56,366 bases of DNA from an uncultured Methanosarcinales archaeon. GTDB taxonomy: Archaea > Nanobdellota > Nanobdellia > Woesearchaeales > UBA525. This document shows positions 15,802-25,402 of this stretch, in pieces. Under the pieces are notes generated by a model. The model did no database searches. It worked only from the letters and a program-made list of their open reading frames with translations, and had not been told where the DNA came from. A program made the translations under genes and the position numbers. Numbering within the stretch: position 1 is the stretch's first letter; every line of letters starts with the position of its first letter. The DNA is taken from contig CAZPUM010000004.1 of NCBI GenBank assembly GCA_964589765.1, forward strand, positions 1 through 56,366. Direction: 5' to 3'.

Positions 15802-17982
15802 TTATTGCGTTATCCAAGCTCTTAACCTCCTACTTCTATTCACCAGCTCATCTATGTCTTGTGCCGACTCATTGACTATTATAAGAGTCTGATTCTGAAG
15901 CTCTATGGTGATATTCAATTGTTGCTGAATAATTCCGAGCTGAACCAGTATATCTAGAGTGTTAGAATAAATATCATCAACCACTATATCTATCAGAGTT
16001 AAATTAGTAGAAATAGCATCCAACTTTATGTTAAGAGAACTATTTAAAGAATCTATTTTAGTTATGACTGACTGAATGTCTGTATAGATAGATTGATTCA
16101 TAGCGAGAGTTATATCTGTCAAATTCTGTATTGCAAGAGTTATATTCGTAAGATTCACTTCAAAAGTACTATCCAAAATCTCATCGAAACGGGAATCATA
16201 ATAATCTTGAAACTTCATTATCAAGCCGTCTTCACCTGCTGAATACCCGAGTTTTGGATTTAACATCACCAAACCTTTTAAACCCGTAGAAGTCAGATTT
16301 GTACCAAAAGAAACAGTTACTCCAACATTATCAGAATACGCAAATCTATTGTATTCCCAAGTCCTACCATTATAATAATAGTACACTGAAGGATCTTCAG
16401 TAGTTATCCACACATCATTCTCAGAAGTCCCGGCAATCCCTGTAAATTCAAGATTACTGGCATCAACAGTATATTGAAGAGAAAAATTACTTCCATCCCA
16501 ATAATACACTTTGGACTGATCATTAACATAATCTTTAGTAACAACAAAACCAACATCTGATTCTATAAGTTCAACATCTTTTACTTTCTGACCCGTTAAC
16601 GTATAGTCGACAAATGAATTTCCATCATAATAAGTCACCGCATCCCCTATTCCAAATAAAACCGAATAGCCTTCTGCAGAGACATTATTGACATTTTCAA
16701 CCACTTGACTTATTTTAGCCACATCTGCAAGAGTAGAATTGACTGGAACTCCTCCTAAATAGATTATAACAGGATCTCCTGTTAACACCTGAAACGAAGT
16801 GTTATGAACGTTGTACCAAGAAACAGCCCTATCATCTGAAAACATTATTTCTCCAGCATCACTTATCAAATATATATATGCATCAGCCGTTGGGTCATTT
16901 GGTTTATAAAACACCTCCGCATCTAAAAAAACACCTCCTGCAACGGATAATGTCTGAGGAACAGCAGTATTCTGCTGATAGATAGGATTTGTATCATTAT
17001 TACCTACATATATTGCATAAACTGTCCCGCTATTCAACACGCTAACTCCGTAATAAGTGTTATTAGTGGCAGTTGTCGTCCAAGTTTCTCCATCCCAAAT
17101 AGTGATATAACCATCAGAACTTACTGTATGTATGTTGTCTTTTGAAACCATATCTATTGCCTGATAATTGTGAGTGCCACTAGACATCGAGTAAGTAGGA
17201 TTGCTCGAATCAAGTATCCAATAACTTGTTGAAATACTATGTATAAGCTCTCTTAAATCTGTGAATTGCTGAGAAGTACTCTCAGATGTTGCGTTTATGG
17301 TTGCAGAAATGTTTAAGTCGTCCAAAGCACTTAAAACCTGACTGAAGTTGTTATTTACATCTGAACTGAAATTATTGATATTATTCAGAATGTTCGACAA
17401 ATACACTTGATTAGAATTTACCACATCCGTTATGTTTGTAATATTATTTTGGATTTGAAATATCCTGTAAACCCAATCAGGATTCTGCCACTCACCTATT
17501 GCTGTGGCAAACTCACCAGCATAACTACAGTTAATTTCTGTTAAATATGTTCCTCGCACAGAAGACATCGTAATATGTATTCTATGCCTTCCAGTAGGAC
17601 TTCCATTATTCAATATAGGAAGCATCTCTGTTTCTTGAACTACAATTGTACCATTAGGATACCAAGCAGTAAAATTAGCATATGCTGCAGGAAACAAAAT
17701 GCCTTCTCCATCAAGACAAGCACCGAAAACAGTCATATTTTCTCCTGATTCATAAATAGAACCTTTCAGCTCTGCCAACAGCTTATTATCGTCCGTCGAA
17801 AAGAACTCTTGAGATTGCAACCCGATTGGTTGATCTCCGTACACAAAAATTTCTTTAGGAACATAAGTGGTCTCCATCACATAACCAGTAACTAAAACTG
17901 CAAGTATAGCAAATGTGAAGGAAAATATCGCAAACAGACTATATCTGCCTTGATTAGTTGAAAAAGAATTCTCCTGTTTCAT
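15802..17982 (-). CDS. fibre-like glycoprotein: N-terminal beta-sandwich module, coiled coils, central propeller-like repeats
   Basis: ORF track. The 'KGSIYESGE...WYPNGT...GEWQNPDWVYRI' module is shared with 34375..35373. Asp-box-like 'SDDRAVSW'. Confidence 0.8.
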   Translation of the reverse strand: MKQENSFSTNQGRYSLFAIFSFTFAILAVLVTGYVMETTYVPKEIFVYGDQPIGLQSQEFFSTDDNKLLAELKGSIYESGENMTVFGACLDGEGILFPAAYANFTAWYPNGTIVVQETEMLPILNNGSPTGRHRIHITMSSVRGTYLTEINCSYAGEFATAIGEWQNPDWVYRIFQIQNNITNITDVVNSNQVYLSNILNNINNFSSDVNNNFSQVLSALDDLNISATINATSESTSQQFTDLRELIHSISTSYWILDSSNPTYSMSSGTHNYQAIDMVSKDNIHTVSSDGYITIWDGETWTTTATNNTYYGVSVLNSGTVYAIYVGNNDTNPIYQQNTAVPQTLSVAGGVFLDAEVFYKPNDPTADAYIYLISDAGEIMFSDDRAVSWYNVHNTSFQVLTGDPVIIYLGGVPVNSTLADVAKISQVVENVNNVSAEGYSVLFGIGDAVTYYDGNSFVDYTLTGQKVKDVELIESDVGFVVTKDYVNDQSKVYYWDGSNFSLQYTVDASNLEFTGIAGTSENDVWITTEDPSVYYYYNGRTWEYNRFAYSDNVGVTVSFGTNLTSTGLKGLVMLNPKLGYSAGEDGLIMKFQDYYDSRFDEILDSTFEVNLTNITLAIQNLTDITLAMNQSIYTDIQSVITKIDSLNSSLNIKLDAISTNLTLIDIVVDDIYSNTLDILVQLGIIQQQLNITIELQNQTLIIVNESAQDIDELVNRSRRLRAWITQ

Positions 17983-19429
17983 CAGCTACCTCGTTGAAAA
18001 ATCCCATTGAATCAAAGCCTTTCTCACTACTATTAAGAACTTTGACACTTGAACGAGGCCGACTATCATCTGGAAGAACCGCATTATCCATTATAATCAA
18101 CTTATTACGAAGCATTTCAGAGCGAGCTTTTGCCTTATCAGCTCCTTGTTTAATGCTGGTTTGTATTTTAGCCACTTTTTCAGTTTTATCGGCCAACTCC
18201 TTTCCGCCTCCGAACAAAACATTTAACCCACTAAATGGCCCTCCCTTTTCATCCAACACGTAGTTACGAAACTCAGAGGAATCAACAATAGTTCTCATAT
18301 CTTCAGAATGCTTCCATCTCGACTCTTGCTGTTTATGTTGGAATTCTTGCTCGTTAATGGCTTCAATAAGTTTCTCACGATCTCCTTTCTTAAACGCATT
18401 CAAACCCTTATTATAAGGCCTCAAATCAACATCTCCTAAAGTTTTCCTCGAGTTAAAAAGATCATCTATCTGTTTTGAAAACGTTTCTTGTTTGGCCATA
18501 TCTGGCGACAGCTTATTCTCCATCCCAAAAGTAGGACCTGTAAATTTCACATCACTAGAGATCACTGAATCTGATAAAGGCTTAATCGGAGCATTCTTAA
18601 TTTCTTCCGGATAAAAATTGAAAACTCCATCACCTTTTTTTGAAAAAGGCTTTTCATCTCCATCACCTAAGAAAATATTAGTCTTACCCAATTTTATAGG
18701 ATTACTTTTGAAAACATCTTCCCTACCTTCTTCTCTTGCCCGCACTTCTGCTTCAAGAGCCTCTTTACTTTCTTTTATTTTCTCATCTCCACGAGCACTA
18801 GCACTTTCAAACTTATCTACAACAGATTCTGCAGCATCAAAAACAGCCTCTTTTGACGCACCTTTAACTGCACCTCTAAAAGTATCTTTTTCACGAAGTT
18901 TAGTGACTTCTTGTCTCGCTCTGAAAGATAGTTTTTGTCTGACTTCTAACGGAACATCTTGACCTTCTTGAACAAGCTTCAAAACTTCTGCATCAAAAAT
19001 CGCTTTAGCACGCTTTCTAGCATCTTTATCTTTGATCAAATCCAATTCTTGAGCCGCACCTATAACGTCTTTATCGTTCAATAAATCCTTAACACGACTA
19101 GCGCCTTCTTGTATTTTGGCAGCCTTAGATGTTTCTTCCTGTAATTTTTGAGTTTCTTTCAATCTATCAAGCTGGGTTCTATCAGTAACTGTAGGTTCCG
19201 AACCTCCTTTTTCTTCGCTTTCTAATTTCTTAAACTTTGTATTTTCTTCCAAAGCTTTGGTAAATTTTTGAACAATTTTTTGATCAGCAGGAGTAGGAGA
19301 TTTAACTTGTTCAGGTTCTTGATTTTGAAAATAGTTTTTATTGGCTAAATACGTAGATTTAGTTTGAACTCCTTTTCTTGCCAGACTGTGACGCCAACTT
19401 TCATTATACCAACCAGATTTTCTAATCAT
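17954..19429 (-). CDS. GW-RH-tag family protein, long K/E-rich body
   Basis: N-terminus 'RKSGWYNESWRHSLARKGVQT'. Confidence 0.8.
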   Translation of the reverse strand: MIRKSGWYNESWRHSLARKGVQTKSTYLANKNYFQNQEPEQVKSPTPADQKIVQKFTKALEENTKFKKLESEEKGGSEPTVTDRTQLDRLKETQKLQEETSKAAKIQEGASRVKDLLNDKDVIGAAQELDLIKDKDARKRAKAIFDAEVLKLVQEGQDVPLEVRQKLSFRARQEVTKLREKDTFRGAVKGASKEAVFDAAESVVDKFESASARGDEKIKESKEALEAEVRAREEGREDVFKSNPIKLGKTNIFLGDGDEKPFSKKGDGVFNFYPEEIKNAPIKPLSDSVISSDVKFTGPTFGMENKLSPDMAKQETFSKQIDDLFNSRKTLGDVDLRPYNKGLNAFKKGDREKLIEAINEQEFQHKQQESRWKHSEDMRTIVDSSEFRNYVLDEKGGPFSGLNVLFGGGKELADKTEKVAKIQTSIKQGADKAKARSEMLRNKLIIMDNAVLPDDSRPRSSVKVLNSSEKGFDSMGFFNEVADETGEFFFN

Positions 19430-20186
19430 TTTCCACCTTACCTAATTCATCCAATATGTCATCTAGTATTGTAGCATTTTCATCGGAACTGATACTGATA
19501 TCTTCTTTAAGATCAGCTTCACTTTCAGTTCCAGTTTCAGTTTCAGTTTCACTTTTACGAGAAATGAAAGCTTTTCTTACATCGAAAGCTTCACCTCTAT
19601 TCTTTGAATCAACACTCCACTCAAACTTCTTTTTCAAAGCTTCAACAATCCTAGCACGACCATCAGATCTTAGAGAACGATACAACTTGCTTAATTTCTC
19701 AAGCTTTTTTATTATGAACTTACGTTCTTTCTCATTGAAGTTATTCACATTAGCCGACTCAACTACTGGAATCATAGATTGAGGCCCTCTGTTTTGTGCA
19801 GATAAAAAGTCATTTTTAGAAATACCTAGAGTACGATAGAAATCAAACACAGATACCATTTCACCATCAAATCCTCTGACGTATTTTGCATCCTCAAGGC
19901 CACGTATGTTCCTCTCTTTTTGCTTTTGAAGAAGATTGATATTAATTTCTCTCTGCCTTTCTAATTCTTTAGGAGTAAGATCTCTTCGCTTCTCTCTTGC
20001 TTCAGCAGCAACACCTTTGCCAATTATGAGATTTCCCCTACCTTTGCTGCCTCTAGCACCCTTCAATAAACTTCTAGCAAAAGAACCCGCAATTGTTTTC
20101 TTTTTTTCAGCCAAATAAGTGCTTTTTACTCCCTTAGCTGCCAGACTATGTCTGAAGCTATCATTATACCATCCTCGCCTCTTCAT
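19422..20186 (-). CDS. GW-RH-tag family protein
   Basis: N-terminus 'KRRGWYNDSFRHSLAAKGVKS'. TAG stop. ET repeat near the C-terminus. Confidence 0.8.
   Translation of the reverse strand: MKRRGWYNDSFRHSLAAKGVKSTYLAEKKKTIAGSFARSLLKGARGSKGRGNLIIGKGVAAEAREKRRDLTPKELERQREININLLQKQKERNIRGLEDAKYVRGFDGEMVSVFDFYRTLGISKNDFLSAQNRGPQSMIPVVESANVNNFNEKERKFIIKKLEKLSKLYRSLRSDGRARIVEALKKKFEWSVDSKNRGEAFDVRKAFISRKSETETETGTESEADLKEDISISSDENATILDDILDELGKVEND
19533..19550. repeat. (AGTTTC)3 in-frame repeat encoding ETETET
   Basis: Read directly from the sequence, with imperfect flanks 19521-19556. Confidence 0.85.
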
Positions 20187-20797
20187 ACTTCATCCCCGGA
20201 ATCAAACCGCTTATTAAACCTATCTTTGCTAAACGTAAACGCCAACTGATCTGGCTTGCTTATTGGCTCTATGTAACCTCTTAAAGGAGCCTCGGGAGTT
20301 GCAGATACTTGAGTATTTAAGCCGACAGCAGACTCATCAAATTGTTCAACAGGGGTTGAATCAACCATCTCAGGAGACGGTTCTTTCTGCAACTCTTCTT
20401 GAGGCTCCTCTTCCTCCACTTCCTCCGGCAATTTGTCGAAGGTGGTAGTCTCCGGTTTAGAAGGTACTGCAGGGGTAGGAGGCAGAGGATTAGGAACAGA
20501 AGGACTCGTTCGCATTTCTTGTTCTATTGTCAAATCTTGTGGAAAAGAAGAAGTTTTAGGAGTCACTTCATCCAAAGAAATATCAAACTTTCTTCTAATC
20601 TCAGGATCTGCTCGTAACTGTTCTTTCGTAAAACCTTTGGCATAAGCGCGCTTTAACCTTCCAGGCTCTCTGTTACCTTTCAAAGAATCATTTGGCCCGC
20701 TCTGAAAATATAGCTTTTTTTGCGACCTAATTCCCTTAGATGCAAGGTAATGTCTAAAAGATTCATTAAACCAACCGGGTTTTCCACTAAATTTCAT
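20183..20797 (-). CDS. GW-RH-tag family protein, Pro/Glu-rich body
   Basis: ORF track 20183..20863. The 'MCATFKNK' extension is the promoter repeat read as protein. The ATG at 20797 gives 'MKFSGKPGWFNESFRHYLASKGIRS'. Confidence 0.7.
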   Translation of the reverse strand: MKFSGKPGWFNESFRHYLASKGIRSQKKLYFQSGPNDSLKGNREPGRLKRAYAKGFTKEQLRADPEIRRKFDISLDEVTPKTSSFPQDLTIEQEMRTSPSVPNPLPPTPAVPSKPETTTFDKLPEEVEEEEPQEELQKEPSPEMVDSTPVEQFDESAVGLNTQVSATPEAPLRGYIEPISKPDQLAFTFSKDRFNKRFDSGDEV

Positions 20798-20840
20798 ATT
20801 ATTACCGTGACGCGCATCCACTATTGATTCAATGATTCTT

Positions 20841-20878
20841 TTATTTTTAAATGTAGCGCACACTTTATGACAATGTTG
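20841..20878 (-). promoter_or_regulatory. 38-nt conserved promoter/operator element, copy B
   Basis: See copy A. Lies directly after the stop of the Cas4-like gene. Confidence 0.55.
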
Positions 20879-21751
20879 TTAGATATCTTCTGAATTGGCA
20901 GACTTAAGCTCAGAATCAGAACCGTGACAAACTTCCCAGTATGCACACCGCCCATTACGCCATCTACAAGGAAACTTATTGCGATTATAGTTAACATTTG
21001 GAATAGTTCTATTTTCAACACAACATTTCAGATCTTCATACCAACGCTTAACTTTATTCACACGCCAATCTTCAATCTCCATAGGAAAATGAAACAGTTC
21101 CTGAGTATGCTTAGACTCATAAATTATTTCCCCTGTAACAGGAGCATTTGACATTAACAGAAGCTGTTCAGCCCTGTCTAAATCATCCCAATTTTCAAAT
21201 ACTTCTTTTAATTCGGACTCATCGTAAGTCATATCCGGAACAAGACCTGCTTCTATTTTCATTTGCCTTCTCCTAGACTCCCACATGAACATATACCACG
21301 TCAACTGCCCTTCGTGCTCATCTTTAGCCTCACGCACATAACTAGAGTTAATACTTTTAAACTCCACAACCACAAACTTACCTTTATAGAAAACTATTCC
21401 GTCACAACGGCCGTGAATATCTAAGTTATCTCTCGGTATGTCTATCTCCTCTAAAAACTCGTAATTCGGAGAAAGATGGAAGTAATTTGAAAGTCTCTCG
21501 TGAACATTCTCCCCATTATGAAATATTCTAAGAGTTCTCGGTTCAAAATCTTCTTGGCTATACTCTAACGGAAAAAACTGTAAACATATCTTTCGCATAC
21601 ACTGCCCGTAATCAGAAGCATACATACTTCTCGACTTATTGCCCCGTTCAGCCATCCTTCCAGCATTCCACATTCTAACTCCTTCATCAAGAATGTCCTC
21701 AAAAGGAGAGGAAAATTTCTCTTTCTTCTTAGGCTCTATGCGCTTTACCAT
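20879..21751 (-). CDS. cas4: Cas4-like PD-(D/E)xK nuclease with 4-Cys cluster
   Basis: 'YGQCMRKICL', 'GENVHERL', 'IHGRCDGIVF', 'VVVEFKS', 'GQLTWYMF' and C-terminal 'CRWRNGRCAYWEVC'. Confidence 0.8.
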   Translation of the reverse strand: MVKRIEPKKKEKFSSPFEDILDEGVRMWNAGRMAERGNKSRSMYASDYGQCMRKICLQFFPLEYSQEDFEPRTLRIFHNGENVHERLSNYFHLSPNYEFLEEIDIPRDNLDIHGRCDGIVFYKGKFVVVEFKSINSSYVREAKDEHEGQLTWYMFMWESRRRQMKIEAGLVPDMTYDESELKEVFENWDDLDRAEQLLLMSNAPVTGEIIYESKHTQELFHFPMEIEDWRVNKVKRWYEDLKCCVENRTIPNVNYNRNKFPCRWRNGRCAYWEVCHGSDSELKSANSEDI

Positions 21752-24700
21752 TATTTCTTCCCCCGTTTAGTTCCTGGAATTATCCATTTACCAGCCATTT
21801 CCCTAGTCATACGAACACGCTCTGCAATTTCATTAGGAACCACTCCTGCATTGTATTCAGGATAAAGTTTGTTGATTATTTGAATCACCCTGTCTTTAGG
21901 AATATAACCTAACTTCTTAACATACACTTTCTCTGCCTGTTTAAATAGACTTGAACTCATAACTGCATCTGCACGCTCTTCAAACGGATCATCTTGATTT
22001 TGACCTAAGAGCTTCTCCAAATGCGCATCTTTTTTCGCCTCATATGCTTCCATAAACTCTTTTGTAGCAAGACTATTTCCATTTTCATCAACTTTCAAAG
22101 GAGAAGGAATTTTTATGTGTCCAAGAGTCTGACGTTCCCTGGTCTTAAGCGCCGCAACTGACTCTTGAGTTTCTTTATCAATAAACAAAACTTCTATGAC
22201 ATACATGCTCGTGTTAGACTCACTGTGAAGCACTGGAGAACAGAAAAATAAGTGAATAGACTTCTTTCTAAGCTGCTCCTTCAGACCTTGAAGTATAATC
22301 ATAACTCTATTGCTGTCAAGACCGTATGATTGACTCTGCTCATCAAGAAGAACTGCAGAGTGTGGTTTTAACTTATGTCTATTTCTTACCAAATCATCAT
22401 AACTGAAAAATATCTTATTAACTGTGAAATCAGGATCCATCATACGACATAAAGATATTGCCGACCAACTATTGTGTGTAAGAAGACCTCCATTCACAAC
22501 AAACAAAGAATCATCCGCATCTACTGAAATATCTAAACAAGAGTGAATTCCAGCACAGCTTATCTTGCAGACTGTTCCAAACTTCGCATCCAAATCCGTA
22601 GTATTTACTACAGGCCTAGTTCTTCTGAATTCTAAAAGACTTTTTCTGTTCTCTTCGTTTTGACCTATCAATTTCAACGACTCTAAATATTTTATTCCTT
22701 GCTTAACTGGAAACCTAATACGAACATATTCTCTACCTTTCCAAGGACCTGACTTCAACTCCCTAATAGTAACAGAAGGAAAATGGCCTAAAGAATGCAT
22801 CAAATCCAGTATCTGACAACCCAATTCTCTCGACTTCACCATGTGACCTATTTCATATTTATAACTAGTCCCATTCCTGCCGTAATTACAAGTTAAATCT
22901 CCTGAAGCATATCCTTCTAAGAAACCTTTCATACCTTTTTCAGTTTTGAACACGCTTTCAGGAATACTCTTGCAAATCGAATTCGCACCACACTCTTCTA
23001 AAAAACTCTTGGCCTCTTCTTGACCATAAGCCATCAAAACAAACTTGCCATTCCCTGAAGCATTGTTCAACCGAACGGATGTGAAACCAAACTCTTTTTC
23101 TACATACTGCTTCACTTTTTTCAAAAAGGTATTGCAATTATTACTGAACATTAAATAACTGCCCTTAGCACCAGTATCGTCTGCAATAAAAGCACCATAC
23201 ACAAACGCTTTACGGTAATCAGAATCACTTCCTTTTTCTTCTGGTTCGAAGATTCTAGTTTTGATAACGTCGCCCACATTCAACTGAGAAGCCTTCTTCA
23301 CTTTACCACTTTCTAACTCAAATTTATGGTCTAAAGAGACAACCACTGGAACTGAAGAATGAGAATTTATCTTCAAACAATCTTTATCTTCAACTTTAAA
23401 TCTCTTCAGAACCTTTGTATTTAAAGAAGAACCTGATATAACAGCTCCTTCAAACAGATCTCTCAACTTACAATAAATACCGTTATCTAAACGCACAGAT
23501 TCTTGCACCGATATACACTTACCGACGCCCTGACTTCCTGTGATACTACAAATCAAACTGTGCTCTAAGTTCGGGTCGGCCCTTTCAAAGACTGTATTAA
23601 AAAAGATTTCAGAATAGTCACAATTATGAACTAATATGCCGCCACCCAAACAAAAAAGACTATCTTTATCGACCGCAATATCAACACACTTTCGTTCCCC
23701 CACTTCTTTCTTCCACCTAACTACAGGAATACGCACACCATTTTCAATTATTGGAACCCTGTATCTAATAGTTGACAACTTTTCATCCAATTCACTTAAT
23801 CTTTTCAAAACATCATCTTTACTTTCTGATTTTTTCTTAGTGTGAATAATCAAATATTCTAAAAACTCCTTAACTTTATTTGCCCCAAATCCTATTCTAT
23901 AGTATCTATACCTATTTTCAGGGATTTTTCTTCTCTTTCCGGGATAATAATCCCTGTGTTCCAAATCTGGATAAAATCCCGCAGACCAAAGAGCTCTAAG
24001 TAGAATCTGAGCTACGGAATCAAAAGAAACATTGAATGCTACTGAAATCACATTCTTTTTACCAGTTACATTAACTCCAAAGTCGCAACTAGCAAAACCA
24101 TGTATGAATCCATCTCTAAACTTTTCCTGTTGTAATAAATTCTTAGACACTTTCTTATGTTGATCTCTAGATAGCTTTCTACCAGAGTACCCATATTTTT
24201 CTATAATTTGCTCAACCCCTTCCTTACCGTATAACATAAGTCTACAGCAATGCTCCATACTGATAATTTTATACGACGTCAACTTGAACTTCTCCAAAGC
24301 AATTTTGCCTAATTTATCTAAAAATTCATAATCACCATTACTAATGGAGCAATACCTAGTTCCACTACCGGAAGCAGTTTCAGACGTTTTAAACACACAA
24401 CCACATCCATCTGCCAAATATGCTCCTGCAAAAAGACCTTCCTCATAATCTCCTCCCTTCTCCACAGATAATTTTACTGCAGCCAACAGTTCTCCTTCTT
24501 GCAAATCCTTTGCTTTTTTGATATCTCCATTATGAAGAACTACTGGATGATCTTCTGAAACAGTGAAGGGAACCATACAATCAGTATTAATTTCTAAACA
24601 TTTCTTATTAGCATATTTTTTAGCCAAAACCCTTCTATTTGCTCTTCCTTCTACAACATCTCCAACTTCAACATCTGTTATTTTCTTCAACTCATCATTC

Positions 24701-24822
24701 ACAAACAGATATTCATTTTCCTCAACACAATCAAGAAATCTGTAGAACGTACCATCAGCATCTTCCCTAAGCTCTATCACATCTCTAACTTCTTGCGGCA
24801 GCTCATTGAAATCAATCGCCAT
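21751..24822 (-). CDS. P-loop NTPase (putative genome-packaging / terminase-like ATPase) interrupted by two inteins
   Basis: Spliced product is about 305 aa. Walker A 'GSQGVGK|S' is split by intein 2. Walker B 'AVLLDEQ'. No nuclease domain recognised. Confidence 0.7.
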   Translation of the reverse strand: MAIDFNELPQEVRDVIELREDADGTFYRFLDCVEENEYLFVNDELKKITDVEVGDVVEGRANRRVLAKKYANKKCLEINTDCMVPFTVSEDHPVVLHNGDIKKAKDLQEGELLAAVKLSVEKGGDYEEGLFAGAYLADGCGCVFKTSETASGSGTRYCSISNGDYEFLDKLGKIALEKFKLTSYKIISMEHCCRLMLYGKEGVEQIIEKYGYSGRKLSRDQHKKVSKNLLQQEKFRDGFIHGFASCDFGVNVTGKKNVISVAFNVSFDSVAQILLRALWSAGFYPDLEHRDYYPGKRRKIPENRYRYYRIGFGANKVKEFLEYLIIHTKKKSESKDDVLKRLSELDEKLSTIRYRVPIIENGVRIPVVRWKKEVGERKCVDIAVDKDSLFCLGGGILVHNCDYSEIFFNTVFERADPNLEHSLICSITGSQGVGKCISVQESVRLDNGIYCKLRDLFEGAVISGSSLNTKVLKRFKVEDKDCLKINSHSSVPVVVSLDHKFELESGKVKKASQLNVGDVIKTRIFEPEEKGSDSDYRKAFVYGAFIADDTGAKGSYLMFSNNCNTFLKKVKQYVEKEFGFTSVRLNNASGNGKFVLMAYGQEEAKSFLEECGANSICKSIPESVFKTEKGMKGFLEGYASGDLTCNYGRNGTSYKYEIGHMVKSRELGCQILDLMHSLGHFPSVTIRELKSGPWKGREYVRIRFPVKQGIKYLESLKLIGQNEENRKSLLEFRRTRPVVNTTDLDAKFGTVCKISCAGIHSCLDISVDADDSLFVVNGGLLTHNSWSAISLCRMMDPDFTVNKIFFSYDDLVRNRHKLKPHSAVLLDEQSQSYGLDSNRVMIILQGLKEQLRKKSIHLFFCSPVLHSESNTSMYVIEVLFIDKETQESVAALKTRERQTLGHIKIPSPLKVDENGNSLATKEFMEAYEAKKDAHLEKLLGQNQDDPFEERADAVMSSSLFKQAEKVYVKKLGYIPKDRVIQIINKLYPEYNAGVVPNEIAERVRMTREMAGKWIIPGTKRGKK
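22471..23517 (-). mobile_element. intein 2 (349 aa) with LAGLIDADG domain, inserted in the P-loop
   Basis: Starts 'CISVQESVRL' after GVGK. 'SLDHKFEL'. LAGLIDADG motifs 'FVYGAFIADDTG' and 'FLEGYASGDLT'. Ends 'LLTHN' followed by +1 Ser. Confidence 0.8.
23623..24729 (-). mobile_element. intein 1 (369 aa) with LAGLIDADG homing-endonuclease domain
   Basis: Starts 'CVEENEYLF'. Block B 'TVSEDHPVV'. LAGLIDADG motifs 'LFAGAYLADGCG' and 'FIHGFASCDFG'. Ends 'ILVHN' followed by +1 Cys. Confidence 0.8.
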
Positions 24823-25245
24823 TTACATCCTCGTGAATCTAGTGCTGTATGCCTTTTCTTTTACTTTCAAAAAAATCCACTTACGGATTTTTTCAAGTTC
24901 CCTTTCTATGTCAAACTTAGTTACTTTCACACCATCATCTCTTTCAAAAAAACTGTAATAATCAGGATTACTTTCAGAAGCCATTTCTATATCATAAAGA
25001 GTCAAACTTCCTTTAGGACGAATCCTTGTAACTGCATTACCCTCATCATCTGTATCCATATAACGCTCTACTCCATTAACAAGCATTTCTACTTTTGCAA
25101 TGCGCCTTTCCATTTCAGATATCTCAGAATCATCTAAAAGCTGTGTAGCTTGTACAAAAAGCGCACTCCAATAGTGTGGCTGTAAAGGGTGCAAACTCAT
25201 TATCTGATGCAAAACTATCTCCTGATAAGGAATGGGCCTTCCCAT
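24823..25245 (-). CDS. hypothetical protein (140 aa) immediately upstream of the ATPase
   Basis: ORF track. The stop abuts the ATPase ATG. Confidence 0.7.
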   Translation of the reverse strand: MGRPIPYQEIVLHQIMSLHPLQPHYWSALFVQATQLLDDSEISEMERRIAKVEMLVNGVERYMDTDDEGNAVTRIRPKGSLTLYDIEMASESNPDYYSFFERDDGVKVTKFDIERELEKIRKWIFLKVKEKAYSTRFTRM

Positions 25246-25402
25246 TAATCTCCGTACCTCTTAACTACAAAAATATCTATACTTACAACTCCGCCATTAT
25301 TTGAACGCACCTCTAAATCGTCAATAATTTCTCCTTCTTTCAACTTGAATGCTTTGACAAGATCGTTAAAATCAAAATGTATTTTTCTAGCTTGTTCTGA
25401 TA

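Noticed and set aside
14439-20863. Shared N-terminus 'MCATFKNK' of ORFs 14439..15779 and 20183..20863, which looks like a conserved protein motif.
   Set aside because: It is the translation of the duplicated 38-nt promoter element. The real starts (15737, 20797) lie downstream and restore the family-typical N-termini.
20821-21021. Same-strand overlapping ORFs: 20821..21021, 27198..27455, 25578..25805, 50710..50991, 52945..53133, 39211..39405, 5811..5996 and 1437..1649.
   Set aside because: Each is nested out of frame inside a better-supported gene (Cas4-like, GT2, HNH, poly-Ser protein and others) and has no motif of its own. 39211..39405 is just the poly-Ser repeat read in another frame.
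21751-24822. Calling the intein-bearing ATPase a complete large terminase of a tailed virus.
   Set aside because: After intein removal only about 305 aa remain, with no recognisable RNase-H-like nuclease domain. No portal, HK97-like capsid or tail genes were recognised in the window.
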